Assembly (NCBI GenBank): GCA_041946805.1
Contig: JBHGBC010000027.1
Coordinates: forward strand, 1 to 50,926
Direction of reading: 5' to 3'
DNA: 50,926 nucleotides
Origin: a bacterium
Lineage (GTDB): Bacteria > Hinthialibacterota > Hinthialibacteria > Hinthialibacterales > Hinthialibacteraceae
Every line of letters begins with the position of its first letter. Within the stretch, counting starts at the first letter, position 1. The notes below the pieces were generated by a model. It had not been told where the DNA came from and made no database searches. It saw only the letters and a list, made by a program, of their open reading frames with translations. A program made the translations under genes and the position numbers. Positions 1 to 9,554 of the stretch are shown piece after piece.

Positions 1-734
<734 letters not shown>

Positions 735-883
735 TAGTTTCACATCCGCTTGCGCGGATGAGGTATCCTGTTTCGCGAACACATTGTGTTTGCGTTCGGA
801 TTTATTTCTTGGGTGTCTCCGGACTTCCCGAAGGGCATCCGGAAACGCAAGTTCTCTCGTGAACTAACGGATAACCTGCTCGA

Positions 884-897
884 TTGTCAAAGAACAA
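884..897 (-). promoter_or_regulatory. rrn antitermination boxA-like element
   Basis: Minus strand reads TTGTTCTTTGACAA, close to boxA consensus TGCTCTTTAACA, located between the promoters and the 16S start. Confidence 0.7.
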
Positions 898-995
898 GGA
901 AGGAACGCCCTTCCTTCACTTCGATTTTTTGGCTTTAGATGCCAAACCCGCTTCGGATCAGCCAGTTGCGCTTTCACCGTTGCGGGCGAAAGTGT

Positions 996-1053
996 ATCAT
1001 AGCATTTTTCGAAGCGCTGTCAACCAGGTTGATGAACTTTTTTCTCTTTTTTT
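996..1053 (-). promoter_or_regulatory. rrn promoter 1 (proximal), sigma70-type with UP-like A tracts
   Basis: TTGACA (1018-1023) - 16 bp - TATGAT (996-1001), with A tracts upstream. Confidence 0.85.
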
Positions 1054-1175
1054 GCTCATCCGCGCTTCGGACGCCGTTCCGGTCTTTTTTCCCTCCCCGT
1101 GTCTTTCGCCCGGCTGATCTGTCTGGGGGAGGAACCGGCGCCGTGGATTCACTTCTCTCATCCCCGGCGTTGCAT

Positions 1176-1235
1176 ACTATAGCCTCGTTGCCGCAACCGC
1201 CAAGCCCCCCGGAGAAGTTTTTTTCACTTTTTTTT
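1176..1235 (-). promoter_or_regulatory. rrn promoter 2
   Basis: TTGGCG (1198-1203) - 16 bp - TATAGT (1176-1181), two A tracts upstream. Confidence 0.7.
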
Positions 1236-1330
1236 CCGAGGCCCGCGACTCATCAATCGATTCATTTCACTGGAGATAAGTCGTCTCCGGGAAACCCTCG
1301 GGATGGCTTGTCCATCCGTGGCAGAGTGAA

Positions 1331-1387
1331 AGAATATCCGCTTTCCACTCCCGGTAAAGCCCCCGAAACGATTTTTTTATTTTTTTT
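1331..1387 (-). promoter_or_regulatory. rrn promoter 3
   Basis: TTTACC (1353-1358) - 16 bp - TATTCT (1331-1336), two A tracts upstream. Confidence 0.65.
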
Positions 1388-1476
1388 GTTGGGCCGTTGC
1401 CTTTTTCAAGGATTTCCCAACCCCAACCGTCCGGTGAGCCGCCCGGATTTTCACACGAAAATCCAAGGCGCCGCAC

Positions 1477-1524
1477 AGTATATCAGGGGAATTCCGGCGG
1501 TGAATCCCCACAGGCGGTTTTTTT
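1477..1524 (-). promoter_or_regulatory. rrn promoter 4 (distal)
   Basis: TTCACC (1499-1504) - 16 bp - TATACT (1477-1482), A7 tract upstream. Confidence 0.6.
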
Positions 1525-1876
1525 CAAGAAAGTAGCCGCGCTCCAGTCTTGAGAATGATCCAACCGATGGGAAACGAAACCCGGAACGGTATTATCATAT
1601 TGATTTTCTCTTGTTTAGGATTCCGATTCCCGAGATCGGCAAAATGATTTCCCCTGTGGGCCGGATCGGTATCATCCGATGGTTTAGGAGTGAATTGGCA
1701 GGAGGAATGGTATTTTGCCCCATTATCCGGCAATGGTTCACCGTTATTTCCAATAAAAAACTCCGTCCCTTATGGAGGCAAAAGTGAACGGAGTTCCAAT
1801 CAATGCCGACGATAGAACGGGAGCCACGCCTGGAGCCCACGGGCAGATCAGGCCATCACCATGCGGGGATTGCCGG

Positions 1877-2200
1877 TTACTTCTCCCCGAGAATGGCGTC
1901 CTTGCACGCTTTGGCGATGCGGAATTTGACGACCGTTTTGGCCGGGATCTTGATGGCTTGGCCGGTCGCCGGGTTGCGTCCCGTCCGCGCCTTCCGTTTC
2001 ACGAGCACCAGTTTCCCGAATCCGGGAACGGTAAAGCCCTTTTTGGCTTCCTTGTACCCCACGTCCGCCAATTCGCCCAGCAGATCGGTGACCTGCTTCT
2101 TGGTGACACCTACCTTTTCCGCCAGGTGGGAAACCAGTTGACTCTTGGTCATGGGTTTCTTCCCGGAGGGGGCGGCTTTCTTGGCTGCGGCTTTCTTCAT
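1877..2200 (-). CDS. hup: HU family DNA-binding protein with Lys/Ala-rich N-terminal tail
   Basis: MTKSQLV...VPGFGKL...RTGRNPATGQAIKIPAK motifs; ATG at 2200 preceded by AGGAG. Confidence 0.95.
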   Translation of the reverse strand: MKKAAAKKAAPSGKKPMTKSQLVSHLAEKVGVTKKQVTDLLGELADVGYKEAKKGFTVPGFGKLVLVKRKARTGRNPATGQAIKIPAKTVVKFRIAKACKDAILGEK

Positions 2201-2250
2201 CGCGTGATCTCCTTTTCCCATGTTGGATCAAGTGAAATTATATCAGTTGT

Positions 2251-2278
2251 AATTTACATAAATCTGCTTTCCCGTCAA
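2251..2278 (-). promoter_or_regulatory. Putative sigma70 promoter of HU gene
   Basis: TTGACG (2273-2278) - 16 bp - TAAATT (2251-2256) in an AT-rich gap. Confidence 0.5.
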
Positions 2279-2326
2279 GCGAATATTTCAAAAAAAGGCT
2301 GTTTTTCGGTATTTTTTTGTGTTTTT

Positions 2327-3703
2327 TCAACGTGGAACCCCAAAAAACGGCCCTTTTCGCACGATTTCGTTCAACGCGCGGGCGAATTGCCGCAGTTCAC
2401 GGTACCGCGTTTCCGTGAATTCGGGGGATTGCCACGGGGCCAGCGAGTTGTTGTGAAAGAGGGGATCCCCGCGCGGAGCGAAGCGGAATTCGCCGCCGGG
2501 GCGCTCGTACAGCGGCGTGCCGGGGATGGGCGAATAGAGGGCCAGATAGATTTCGCTCCCTTGTTCCGCGACAAGCCGGCAGCCTTCGCGCACCGCTTCG
2601 AGGGATTGCCCCGGCAGGCCGAAGAGCAAATAGGTTCCCACCTCGCGGGTGAATCCCGCGTCCCGCAAATGGCGCATGGCGGCGAGATACTCTTCCAGAT
2701 ACACCTTGCCGCCTGTGGATTTTTGCCAGTCCCGTTGGACCACTTCAAGTCCCAGGCGGATCGTGGCGAAGCCCGCGCGTTTCAACCAGCCGGCCACCGT
2801 GGCGTCGATCTGGCGGACATGCAGCGCGTTGGGCGTGTGGAAACGCAGGGAATAGCCTTGATGGATCAAGGCTTCCATCAGCGGCAAGAAATGCGTTTCT
2901 TTCTTCACCAGCAACGCATCGTCGTAGAAAACCAAGTCGGTGGCGTGGTGATCGCGCGCCAGCCGGCCGATCGAATCGAGCACGGCGTCACGGTCATAAG
3001 TCACGAACCGCGGCCAGAGGGAATGCGTCGCGCAATAGGTGCAATGACCGGGGCAGCCCGTGGAGGTCAGCAGGGGATAGCAGGAGTCTCCGCACATTAA
3101 ATCATAAGCCGGCTCGATCCAGGTCTCCTGGTCTCCCGGGCAGGGAGCGGACGCGTCACCCAAGAGCGCGAAAATCCGGTTGACGATTTCGGGCCAGTGG
3201 CGGCCGGTGATCACCGCGTCCGCGCCGGAGTGGGCCTCCGCGTGCGCCCGGCACAGCGTGGCGTAGATGCCGCCGAGTAGGATGGGGACGCCTGGAAAGA
3301 GGCGGCGCAGCCTCGCGATGGCCTCGAAGACGCCGGGATACCAGTAGGTCATGACGCTCGCCACGATGATCACATCCGGCCGGGGGAAAGTGCGCAGCCG
3401 TTGTTCGACGCGGCCGGGGGGCACGCCGTAGCGTTTGTAGCGCAGTTTCACGGATTCCAGGAGGGGCGGATTGGGGATGATTTCGCGGTAATAATGGCCG
3501 CCGCCGTAGGGATTGAAGCGGTGGCGGGGCGGCGCGGGCAGACCATCCAAATCGGGGGAACGGCGGTCGAGGCAATCGTAGAAATCCACGATCCAGCCCT
3601 GTTGGCGCAGCAATGCGGCCAGGCGCAGGAGGTTCAGCGGCCTCGCCCAATGGTCGAAGGCCGCGAAATCGGTGATCCAGGGATTGAACAACAACGCGCG
3701 CAT
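2327..3703 (-). CDS. B12-binding-domain radical SAM protein
   Basis: N-terminal NPWITDFAAFDHWARP and B12-binding-like VMTYWYPG/LGGIYATL; CxxxCxxC (CPGHCTYC); FYDDALL, TPNALH; start taken at the MRALLFNP ATG. Confidence 0.85.
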   Translation of the reverse strand: MRALLFNPWITDFAAFDHWARPLNLLRLAALLRQQGWIVDFYDCLDRRSPDLDGLPAPPRHRFNPYGGGHYYREIIPNPPLLESVKLRYKRYGVPPGRVEQRLRTFPRPDVIIVASVMTYWYPGVFEAIARLRRLFPGVPILLGGIYATLCRAHAEAHSGADAVITGRHWPEIVNRIFALLGDASAPCPGDQETWIEPAYDLMCGDSCYPLLTSTGCPGHCTYCATHSLWPRFVTYDRDAVLDSIGRLARDHHATDLVFYDDALLVKKETHFLPLMEALIHQGYSLRFHTPNALHVRQIDATVAGWLKRAGFATIRLGLEVVQRDWQKSTGGKVYLEEYLAAMRHLRDAGFTREVGTYLLFGLPGQSLEAVREGCRLVAEQGSEIYLALYSPIPGTPLYERPGGEFRFAPRGDPLFHNNSLAPWQSPEFTETRYRELRQFARALNEIVRKGPFFGVPR

Positions 3704-3740
3704 GGCGGATTCGAATCCGCGGCACCCACGGATCCGCTGG

Positions 3741-4139
3741 TCAGGTTTTCTCGATTCCGATCCGCAAGGCGCCAAGAAAGGATTTCAGCGATGCCGTGTA
3801 ACGCGGGAGCCTATTATAGATGGCTTCGGCGACGGCTTCCACGTAGGAGTGGGCGATTTGATTGCGGTCATCCACCATCATGAGCCACCGTTCGGTTTCG
3901 TGTTCGCCGAACAGGCCGTTTTTGAAGGCTTCGCGGATGCAGATTTTCGGCGAGTTGCATATCAAACCCATCTGGACTGCCAGATATTTCTTCAACAATT
4001 TCCAGCAAACACCGAATGTGCAGGTAAACCGCAGCAGGCACGAATCGCGCACGATCGTACTGTACGGCGCGTCCAGGGATTCCTGGAGAGCGCGAAACGC
4101 CTGTTGCGCGACAGCCAGATTTTTCATTAATTCTTCCAC
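3741..4139 (-). CDS. HEPN-domain protein (HI0074-like nucleotidyltransferase substrate-binding subunit, putative RNase toxin)
   Basis: Rx4H motif RNQIAH-SY; SPKxxIREAFKNGL; overlaps the MNT gene by 13 bp. Confidence 0.85.
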   Translation of the reverse strand: MEELMKNLAVAQQAFRALQESLDAPYSTIVRDSCLLRFTCTFGVCWKLLKKYLAVQMGLICNSPKICIREAFKNGLFGEHETERWLMMVDDRNQIAHSYVEAVAEAIYNRLPRYTASLKSFLGALRIGIEKT

Positions 4140-4444
4140 AGCAAGATTCCCTTTTCCTTTACGTGATCCTTCAGCGAGGCATCGGCCAAGCGCAAGTCCA
4201 CCACATCGACCGTGTAGGGTATGGTCGATTCTTCCAGGGCGCCGCGAATCCGGTGGAGAGCCAGCTCTTCATCCTCCGGCGCGTCAATGGCGAGGTCGTA
4301 ATCGGAGACGGGATGTTGCCGCCCCTCGGCGCGCGAACCGAAGAGATAGACGGACACGCGCTTGTCCCGCAGCCCCTGCATGACGATGGCCAGGATACGC
4401 TGGAGACAGGTATCGGACAGAAGGGCCTGGGCCGCGGCGTTCAA
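4127..4444 (-). CDS. Minimal nucleotidyltransferase (MNT) antitoxin-like protein
   Basis: YLFGSRAEG-x5-SDYDLAI (GS-x10-DxD), PYTVDVVDL, ends EKGILLWKN. Confidence 0.9.
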   Translation of the reverse strand: MNAAAQALLSDTCLQRILAIVMQGLRDKRVSVYLFGSRAEGRQHPVSDYDLAIDAPEDEELALHRIRGALEESTIPYTVDVVDLRLADASLKDHVKEKGILLWKN

Positions 4445-5064
4445 TTCGTTTTCCGTTCCAGTTCCTTGATCAGCTGGTAGATGCCTTCTTCGACGAGGGG
4501 CATTTGCGGGGCGAGTTCGTATTCCAAGAGGTCGGAGAGTTCCAGGAAGCGGCGGTCTTCCACGTACTCCGAGACCCGGCCGAGGAGGTCGTGCACGGTT
4601 TCGTTGATCCCGGAGAAGGGTTTGCCCTGCACGCTCACGGCGGCGATGTCCAGACCGGTGACGATCATCGAATTGCGGAATCCCTGATAGAGTTCAGCCC
4701 ACGTGCTGGTGATTTTTTCCAGCAGCACCATGCCTTCTTCCTCTTTCCGGGATTGGATCAAACTGGCTGTTTCAATCAAGGCTTCCCGGATTTTGGGCAT
4801 GAAGCCGGCGATTTCGTATAGGATTTTGTGCGCTAGATTGCGGGGTTCATCGGAAACCAGATGCAGGGAACGGCAGGTCCCGACGGTCATCGGCAATATC
4901 CGCGGATCGTCCCAACCCGCCATCTCTTGGCCATTCATCTGGATTTCGCTGATCACCCGGTTGTGTTGCCCCAGATTCCGGGACACGCGCTCGATGACCT
5001 CGCGGAGGGAGGCGCTGGCCGGTTCGGTCACCTCGGCAACTTGATTGTCGATTTTGAGTTCCAT
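4441..5064 (-). CDS. Hypothetical protein (N-terminal beta-rich part, C-terminal helical LSDLLEYEL motif)
   Basis: Clean ORF whose stop overlaps the MNT start; start chosen at MELKIDNQ; function not recognised. Confidence 0.7.
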   Translation of the reverse strand: MELKIDNQVAEVTEPASASLREVIERVSRNLGQHNRVISEIQMNGQEMAGWDDPRILPMTVGTCRSLHLVSDEPRNLAHKILYEIAGFMPKIREALIETASLIQSRKEEEGMVLLEKITSTWAELYQGFRNSMIVTGLDIAAVSVQGKPFSGINETVHDLLGRVSEYVEDRRFLELSDLLEYELAPQMPLVEEGIYQLIKELERKTN

Positions 5065-5327
5065 TTTCGCGCACGCGTTCCTTCCGGCGGTCTGGGGATG
5101 CGGGGATTGCCGCTTTGTTTTACGGAAAAACTGCTGATTTGACAAGTGCGCCGCCGGATTCCGAGGTTACCCTGGAGATGTATTTTCCCATTATTTTGAT
5201 GATGGTTTGCGCTTGGCTAATCCATCCTACACTCCTTTTTTAACATCGTCCTCGGAAGGAGACTCTATTTATTGGGCAATAAGGCATTTGACACATTTAG
5301 GATGGGAAAGCGAACCCTCTTGGCTTT

Positions 5328-5361
5328 CCCTCACCCCAGCCCTCTCCCAGAGGGAGAGGGG
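5328..5361 (+). repeat. BoxC/intrastrand-triplex-type repeat copy
   Basis: CCCTCACCCCAGCCCTCTCCCAGAGGGAGAGGGG. Confidence 0.9.
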
Positions 5362-5400
5362 ATTGACCACCTTGGTCCTAGCTGTATCTCCGGCCACGCT

Positions 5401-5493
5401 GTAGGGGGTACGTGGCGACACCGTACGGGGCACGTGGTGACGCCGCGAAGGCGCGTGGCAATGTCTTAGGGGCACGTGCCAACGTGCCCCTAC
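5401..5493. repeat. GTAGGGGC...GCCCCTAC REP-like palindrome preceded by three degenerate 21-22 bp half-units
   Basis: CGTGG/CGTGC cores at 5411, 5433, 5454, 5475; near-complete palindrome at 5467-5493. Confidence 0.75.
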
Positions 5494-5511
5494 TTTTCGA
5501 TTGAGTCATCT

Positions 5512-7347
5512 TTAATCCCCTTCCCTATCGCTCTCTCCTGGAGGATGCGGGGAAACCGGATTCTCGATATTCTCCCGGAAGCGGAACACGGCGGCGGCCC
5601 CGTCGTCATATACCGGTTCGAAGAGATCGGGGCGTTTTTGAAGTTCGCCGAGATAATACCGCACTCCCGGCTCTTCCTCGGGCTGCAAGGCCAGGAAGGG
5701 AGGATCGGTCTCGAAGCGGCGGTAGATCACGATCAGTTCCGCCCCCCGGCGGCGCAGGGTTTCCAGCGATTCAGGCGACGGCAAGGTGTTGAGACGCTGC
5801 TCGTCCTCAAAGAAGTTCACCGGCATGTAACCCGTCCAACCGTTGATCAACCGTTTCCAGTGCCAAAGCGAAAAATACATATACGCCAGGTTGTACCGCA
5901 GCGGATAGCTGACCACCACGCGCTCGGGCCGCTGGGCCAGCCACTGCTCCACCTTGGGAATGCCGCGGCCGTGGGGAATCGCCTGCAAGGGCAAGGGGCG
6001 GTTGAGGCATTCGATTCCAAACAGCAACACGAGCACCCACCCGATCCCTTTCCGCCACCGGGGAAAAAGCGGATGTAGCATGGACACCGCGCCCGCCGCC
6101 GCCAGCGCCAGCCCGGCGCTCAGCACGATCGAAAAGCGGCTGGGATCACGGATCACCGAAAAACCCGGGACGAAACGGTAGAAAAACCAGGCGGGCATGG
6201 GAATCGCGGCGGGTTGCGTCTCCAGATGCAGCCAGGGGCCGAAGGCGAAAAGAAAGCCCACGGCCGCCAGGGCGGTTCCCTGCCGGACCAGGCGCTGGGC
6301 GGAATCGTTCCCCATTCTCCTCATCCAAAAAATCGCCAAGATCAGCAGAACCACCGGGACCAGGCCCGGGAACAGAAAATTGGGGGGGATCATGGCGGCG
6401 TTGACGCGGTCCACGGCGAAGGCCTTTTCGGTCCAGCCGTACAACCAATTCAGATGCCTCGCCATGAGAAAATCAGCGGGCCGCGCGGAGAGGTCGATCA
6501 GCCAATCACTCCCATCCGCGAAATGATACCCGATCCGGTTGATGAGGTACGGTGTGGCCCAAGGCGCGACGCAGCAGGCCAGCCCGGCGACGGAAACCAA
6601 GCCCGTCAGGCCCACTTCACGGATGTGGTTTTTCCACCGGGGCCACTCGGCCAGAACCACCACCAGCAGAGCGATCAGCAAGAAGACGAACAAATAAATC
6701 GAAGTGATGAACTGCAGAAAGGCAAACAGTACCAGGCCCGCGGCGTACACCCGGCGGCGGGTGTCCAGGTAACGGATCAGCATGAGGAAGGCCGGGCCCC
6801 AGAACACGGGATTGATCTGATGCGGGTGCGGAATCCGGGCAAAGCGTTCCGGATTGCAGGTGAAGATCAATCCGGCCAGCAGCGACGCGAGGGGATTTAG
6901 GGTCAACCGGTAACAGAACCAGTACATCCCCAGCGCGGAGAAAAGGATGGATCCCAGCAGGATGCCGTTTTCCATCAGGATGGGATTGTCCCAAACCGTC
7001 AGGACCAGCCACCCGAAGGGGATATAGATGGCCCGGAGCACGGACAAGGCCAGGGTGCGGGTATACGGGTGGAAGATGTTGGCGTTCCAGAAGGTGTCCC
7101 CGGGCGATTGCAGGGCGTGGACCTGCCAGGCGGTGGTCCACAGGGTGATGAAGTTATCGCCCGGCGCGAACATGTGGGTGGGGAGATGGAATCCAAGAGG
7201 ATAAGTCAAAACCAACGGCGCGAGCACCAGGACGGTCACCGGGACGACATGGCGGAGCGCTTCCCGCCGAAAACCGCCGGACGGTTGATCTCCTCCGGAC
7301 GCGGCCGGCGGGCATTCACCTTCGAGAGGGTAGAGCGATTCGTTCAT
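5512..7347 (-). CDS. Polytopic membrane protein, GT-C/YfhO-like putative glycosyltransferase
   Basis: About 11-13 hydrophobic segments; GDNFITLW...WNANIFHPY, PGFSVIRDPSRF, LINGWTGYMP; soluble C-terminal tail. Confidence 0.65.
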   Translation of the reverse strand: MNESLYPLEGECPPAASGGDQPSGGFRREALRHVVPVTVLVLAPLVLTYPLGFHLPTHMFAPGDNFITLWTTAWQVHALQSPGDTFWNANIFHPYTRTLALSVLRAIYIPFGWLVLTVWDNPILMENGILLGSILFSALGMYWFCYRLTLNPLASLLAGLIFTCNPERFARIPHPHQINPVFWGPAFLMLIRYLDTRRRVYAAGLVLFAFLQFITSIYLFVFLLIALLVVVLAEWPRWKNHIREVGLTGLVSVAGLACCVAPWATPYLINRIGYHFADGSDWLIDLSARPADFLMARHLNWLYGWTEKAFAVDRVNAAMIPPNFLFPGLVPVVLLILAIFWMRRMGNDSAQRLVRQGTALAAVGFLFAFGPWLHLETQPAAIPMPAWFFYRFVPGFSVIRDPSRFSIVLSAGLALAAAGAVSMLHPLFPRWRKGIGWVLVLLFGIECLNRPLPLQAIPHGRGIPKVEQWLAQRPERVVVSYPLRYNLAYMYFSLWHWKRLINGWTGYMPVNFFEDEQRLNTLPSPESLETLRRRGAELIVIYRRFETDPPFLALQPEEEPGVRYYLGELQKRPDLFEPVYDDGAAAVFRFRENIENPVSPHPPGESDREGD

Positions 7348-7461
7348 CTTGGCCTATGATTTCAGGGGAAAGGCAATATTCTCTGGCGGCGGGATTCCCG
7401 GTATCGTAAGGCGGCCTGTTCCACCAGCGCGGGCACGCCCGGGGTGAGAATCAAAAGAATT

Positions 7462-7495
7462 CCCTCACCCTGGCCCTCTCCCGGGGGGAGAGGGG
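7462..7495 (+). repeat. BoxC/triplex-type repeat copy
   Basis: CCCTCACCCTGGCCCTCTCCCGGGGGGAGAGGGG. Confidence 0.9.
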
Positions 7496-7597
7496 ATTTG
7501 TGGATTGCCCCTTATTTGAGGGGAAACAAAACCCGCTCCCGTGGATGAAAAGGGCCTTGAAAATATCTCTTTAGTCCCGATAAAAGAAAAATCACGC

Positions 7598-8587
7598 ATG
7601 AAACTCGATCTCTCCACCCTGGAACGCATCCTGCTGGTCCGGCTGTCCGCCCTGGGCGATTGCCTCGCGGCGGCGCCCGTGTTCCACGCCTTGCGGAAAC
7701 GGTTTCCCCAAGCCCATATCGCGTGGGCGGTGCAGGATAACTTTGCCCCGCTCCTGAGTAATCTTCAAGGATTGGACGAAATCATCGTGTTCCCCCGCCG
7801 GCGCTGGATCCATTCCAAATCCCGGTGGCTGCCCTGGATGGAAGCTAGGCGGTTCATCCGCCATCTGCGGCTGCGGCGTTTCCAGTTGGCCGTGGATGTC
7901 CAAAGCAACGCCAAAAGTTCCTTGATCGCGTTCTTGTCGCGCGCGCCGGTGCGGATCGGTCATGGCGGAGTAGAAGCACGGGAGCTCAGCGCCTGGTTCA
8001 ACACGATCCGGATCGTCCCCACGCCGGGAGAAGACCACATCGTTCAACGGAATCTTGGTCTTCTGCGCCCTTTGGGGATCGAGTCCGCCGAACCGGATTT
8101 CACCCTGCCGCCGGACCCGTATGCGCGCCGCCGGATTCTCAATTGGCTGTACGGACAAAGCCTCCGGGAACAATCCTACGTCCTGTTGGTGCCCTTTTGC
8201 GGACGGCCGGAAAAAGAATGGCCCCGAGCACATTTTAGCGAACTCGCGGGCCGGCTGGCGCGGGAGGGCCGCCCCGTGGTGATGCTCCTTAGCCCCGGCA
8301 GGGAACCAGAAACCCAGGATCTGCTTTCCCCGGCCGCACCGGATGGCGTTTTTCTGGGACCATCCGCCGGGATTCCCGAAATGGTCGAATTGGTGCGCCT
8401 GGCCCAGGCGTGCGCCGGGGGTGATACCGGTCCCATCCAGATCGCAGGAGCCTTGGGGATCCCCAACGTGTGCCTGTTCGGCCCGACGGATCCCCAACGC
8501 CTGCGGCCCTGGTCGAACAGCCTGACTCTGCCCCTGACAGCGGATCCGGCGGCGGTTTTGGACGCCATCCACCGGATGGGCGGGTGA
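7598..8587 (+). CDS. Glycosyltransferase family 9 (LPS heptosyltransferase WaaC/WaaF-like)
   Basis: RILLVRLSALGD, FPQAHIAW, DVQ, KEWP, GGDTGP, LFGPT motifs. Confidence 0.9.
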   Translation: MKLDLSTLERILLVRLSALGDCLAAAPVFHALRKRFPQAHIAWAVQDNFAPLLSNLQGLDEIIVFPRRRWIHSKSRWLPWMEARRFIRHLRLRRFQLAVDVQSNAKSSLIAFLSRAPVRIGHGGVEARELSAWFNTIRIVPTPGEDHIVQRNLGLLRPLGIESAEPDFTLPPDPYARRRILNWLYGQSLREQSYVLLVPFCGRPEKEWPRAHFSELAGRLAREGRPVVMLLSPGREPETQDLLSPAAPDGVFLGPSAGIPEMVELVRLAQACAGGDTGPIQIAGALGIPNVCLFGPTDPQRLRPWSNSLTLPLTADPAAVLDAIHRMGG

Positions 8588-8676
8588 TAGACAATGGGTC
8601 GTTTACATCCTTTAGACTCCCTCCTATAATTTCTGGATTGGCCATCCGCCAGAAAAAACCGGGGAACGAGAGAATC

Positions 8677-9537
8677 GTGAGAAAGTTGGGATTGTTTTTA
8701 CACATGGCCCTGGTGGTGATCATCCCGTTCAGCGTGGCCTTTTATTCCTTGCTGCAGATTTTTTTCCAAGTCGAACGGAGCCAGGCCGCGGCCATGGGAC
8801 CGCCTATGCTTATCGCCGTGGAGCTGCAGGAAGGCCTGGACAACCGGCAAATCGACGCGATCAGTTCCTCCATCCTGGCGATGAAGGAAATCGCCTCCAC
8901 CCAGTTCGATTGGCCCATCCCCGAGTGGAAGGGCTCCAGCGGGCGGCGGCCGGAATGGGAGCGGATCTGGAAAGCCAACCTGACGCCCATACTGTACGCG
9001 GCCCTGGAACCAGAGGAAAACGTTCCGGAAGCGGCCCCGCGCGCCGCCCGCCTGATTCGCGGCGTCACCGGCGTGGTCCAGGTGCTTTATGACCAGGAGC
9101 GGTTGGACGCCCTGGCGGTGCATCAGCTACAATGGCGGCAGTTAAACACCTATTTCTCCCTTTGGTACTTTTTTTACATGGCGGCCATCGTGGGGGGGCT
9201 GCTCAGCGGCTTTCCCGTACGGCTGCGCCGGCAATACGTGGTGCGGACCGGGTTGGGCGGCGCGGGTTCGCAGGTCAGTCCAGAAAAGATCTGGATGCAA
9301 ATCACGATGGGGAATGTCCTGACGGCGTCCGTGGGATATATGGTGATCTACGCGGCCGGTTACTGGCTGTTTCCCTTCGCGCCCGCCTCCCGGGATAATC
9401 CGGTTTTTGGAGCCTACCTGCTGGAAGGGGCCGTCGTCACGGGAGCCTTGGTGGCCGCGGTCTGCCTGGTGGGCTGGTGGACGCCCTCGGAGGAAGTAGA
9501 CGCGGTGACCGTCACCCGGCCGCCGGCCCTTTTTTAA
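8677..9537 (+). CDS. Divergent FtsX-like membrane protein
   Basis: TM1, then an extracytoplasmic domain ending IRGVTGVVQVLYDQE (FtsX-type), then further TMs; directly upstream of envC-ctpA; GTG start inferred. Confidence 0.6.
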   Translation: MRKLGLFLHMALVVIIPFSVAFYSLLQIFFQVERSQAAAMGPPMLIAVELQEGLDNRQIDAISSSILAMKEIASTQFDWPIPEWKGSSGRRPEWERIWKANLTPILYAALEPEENVPEAAPRAARLIRGVTGVVQVLYDQERLDALAVHQLQWRQLNTYFSLWYFFYMAAIVGGLLSGFPVRLRRQYVVRTGLGGAGSQVSPEKIWMQITMGNVLTASVGYMVIYAAGYWLFPFAPASRDNPVFGAYLLEGAVVTGALVAAVCLVGWWTPSEEVDAVTVTRPPALF

Positions 9538-9554
9538 GTGAAGGATAACGAAGC

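Noticed and set aside
1591..1621. Possible fifth rrn promoter (TATGAT/GATAAT on the minus strand)
   Set aside because: No acceptable -35 at 16-18 bp spacing
5401..5493. CRISPR-like periodicity
   Set aside because: Units are adjacent and degenerate, with no unique spacers and no cas genes
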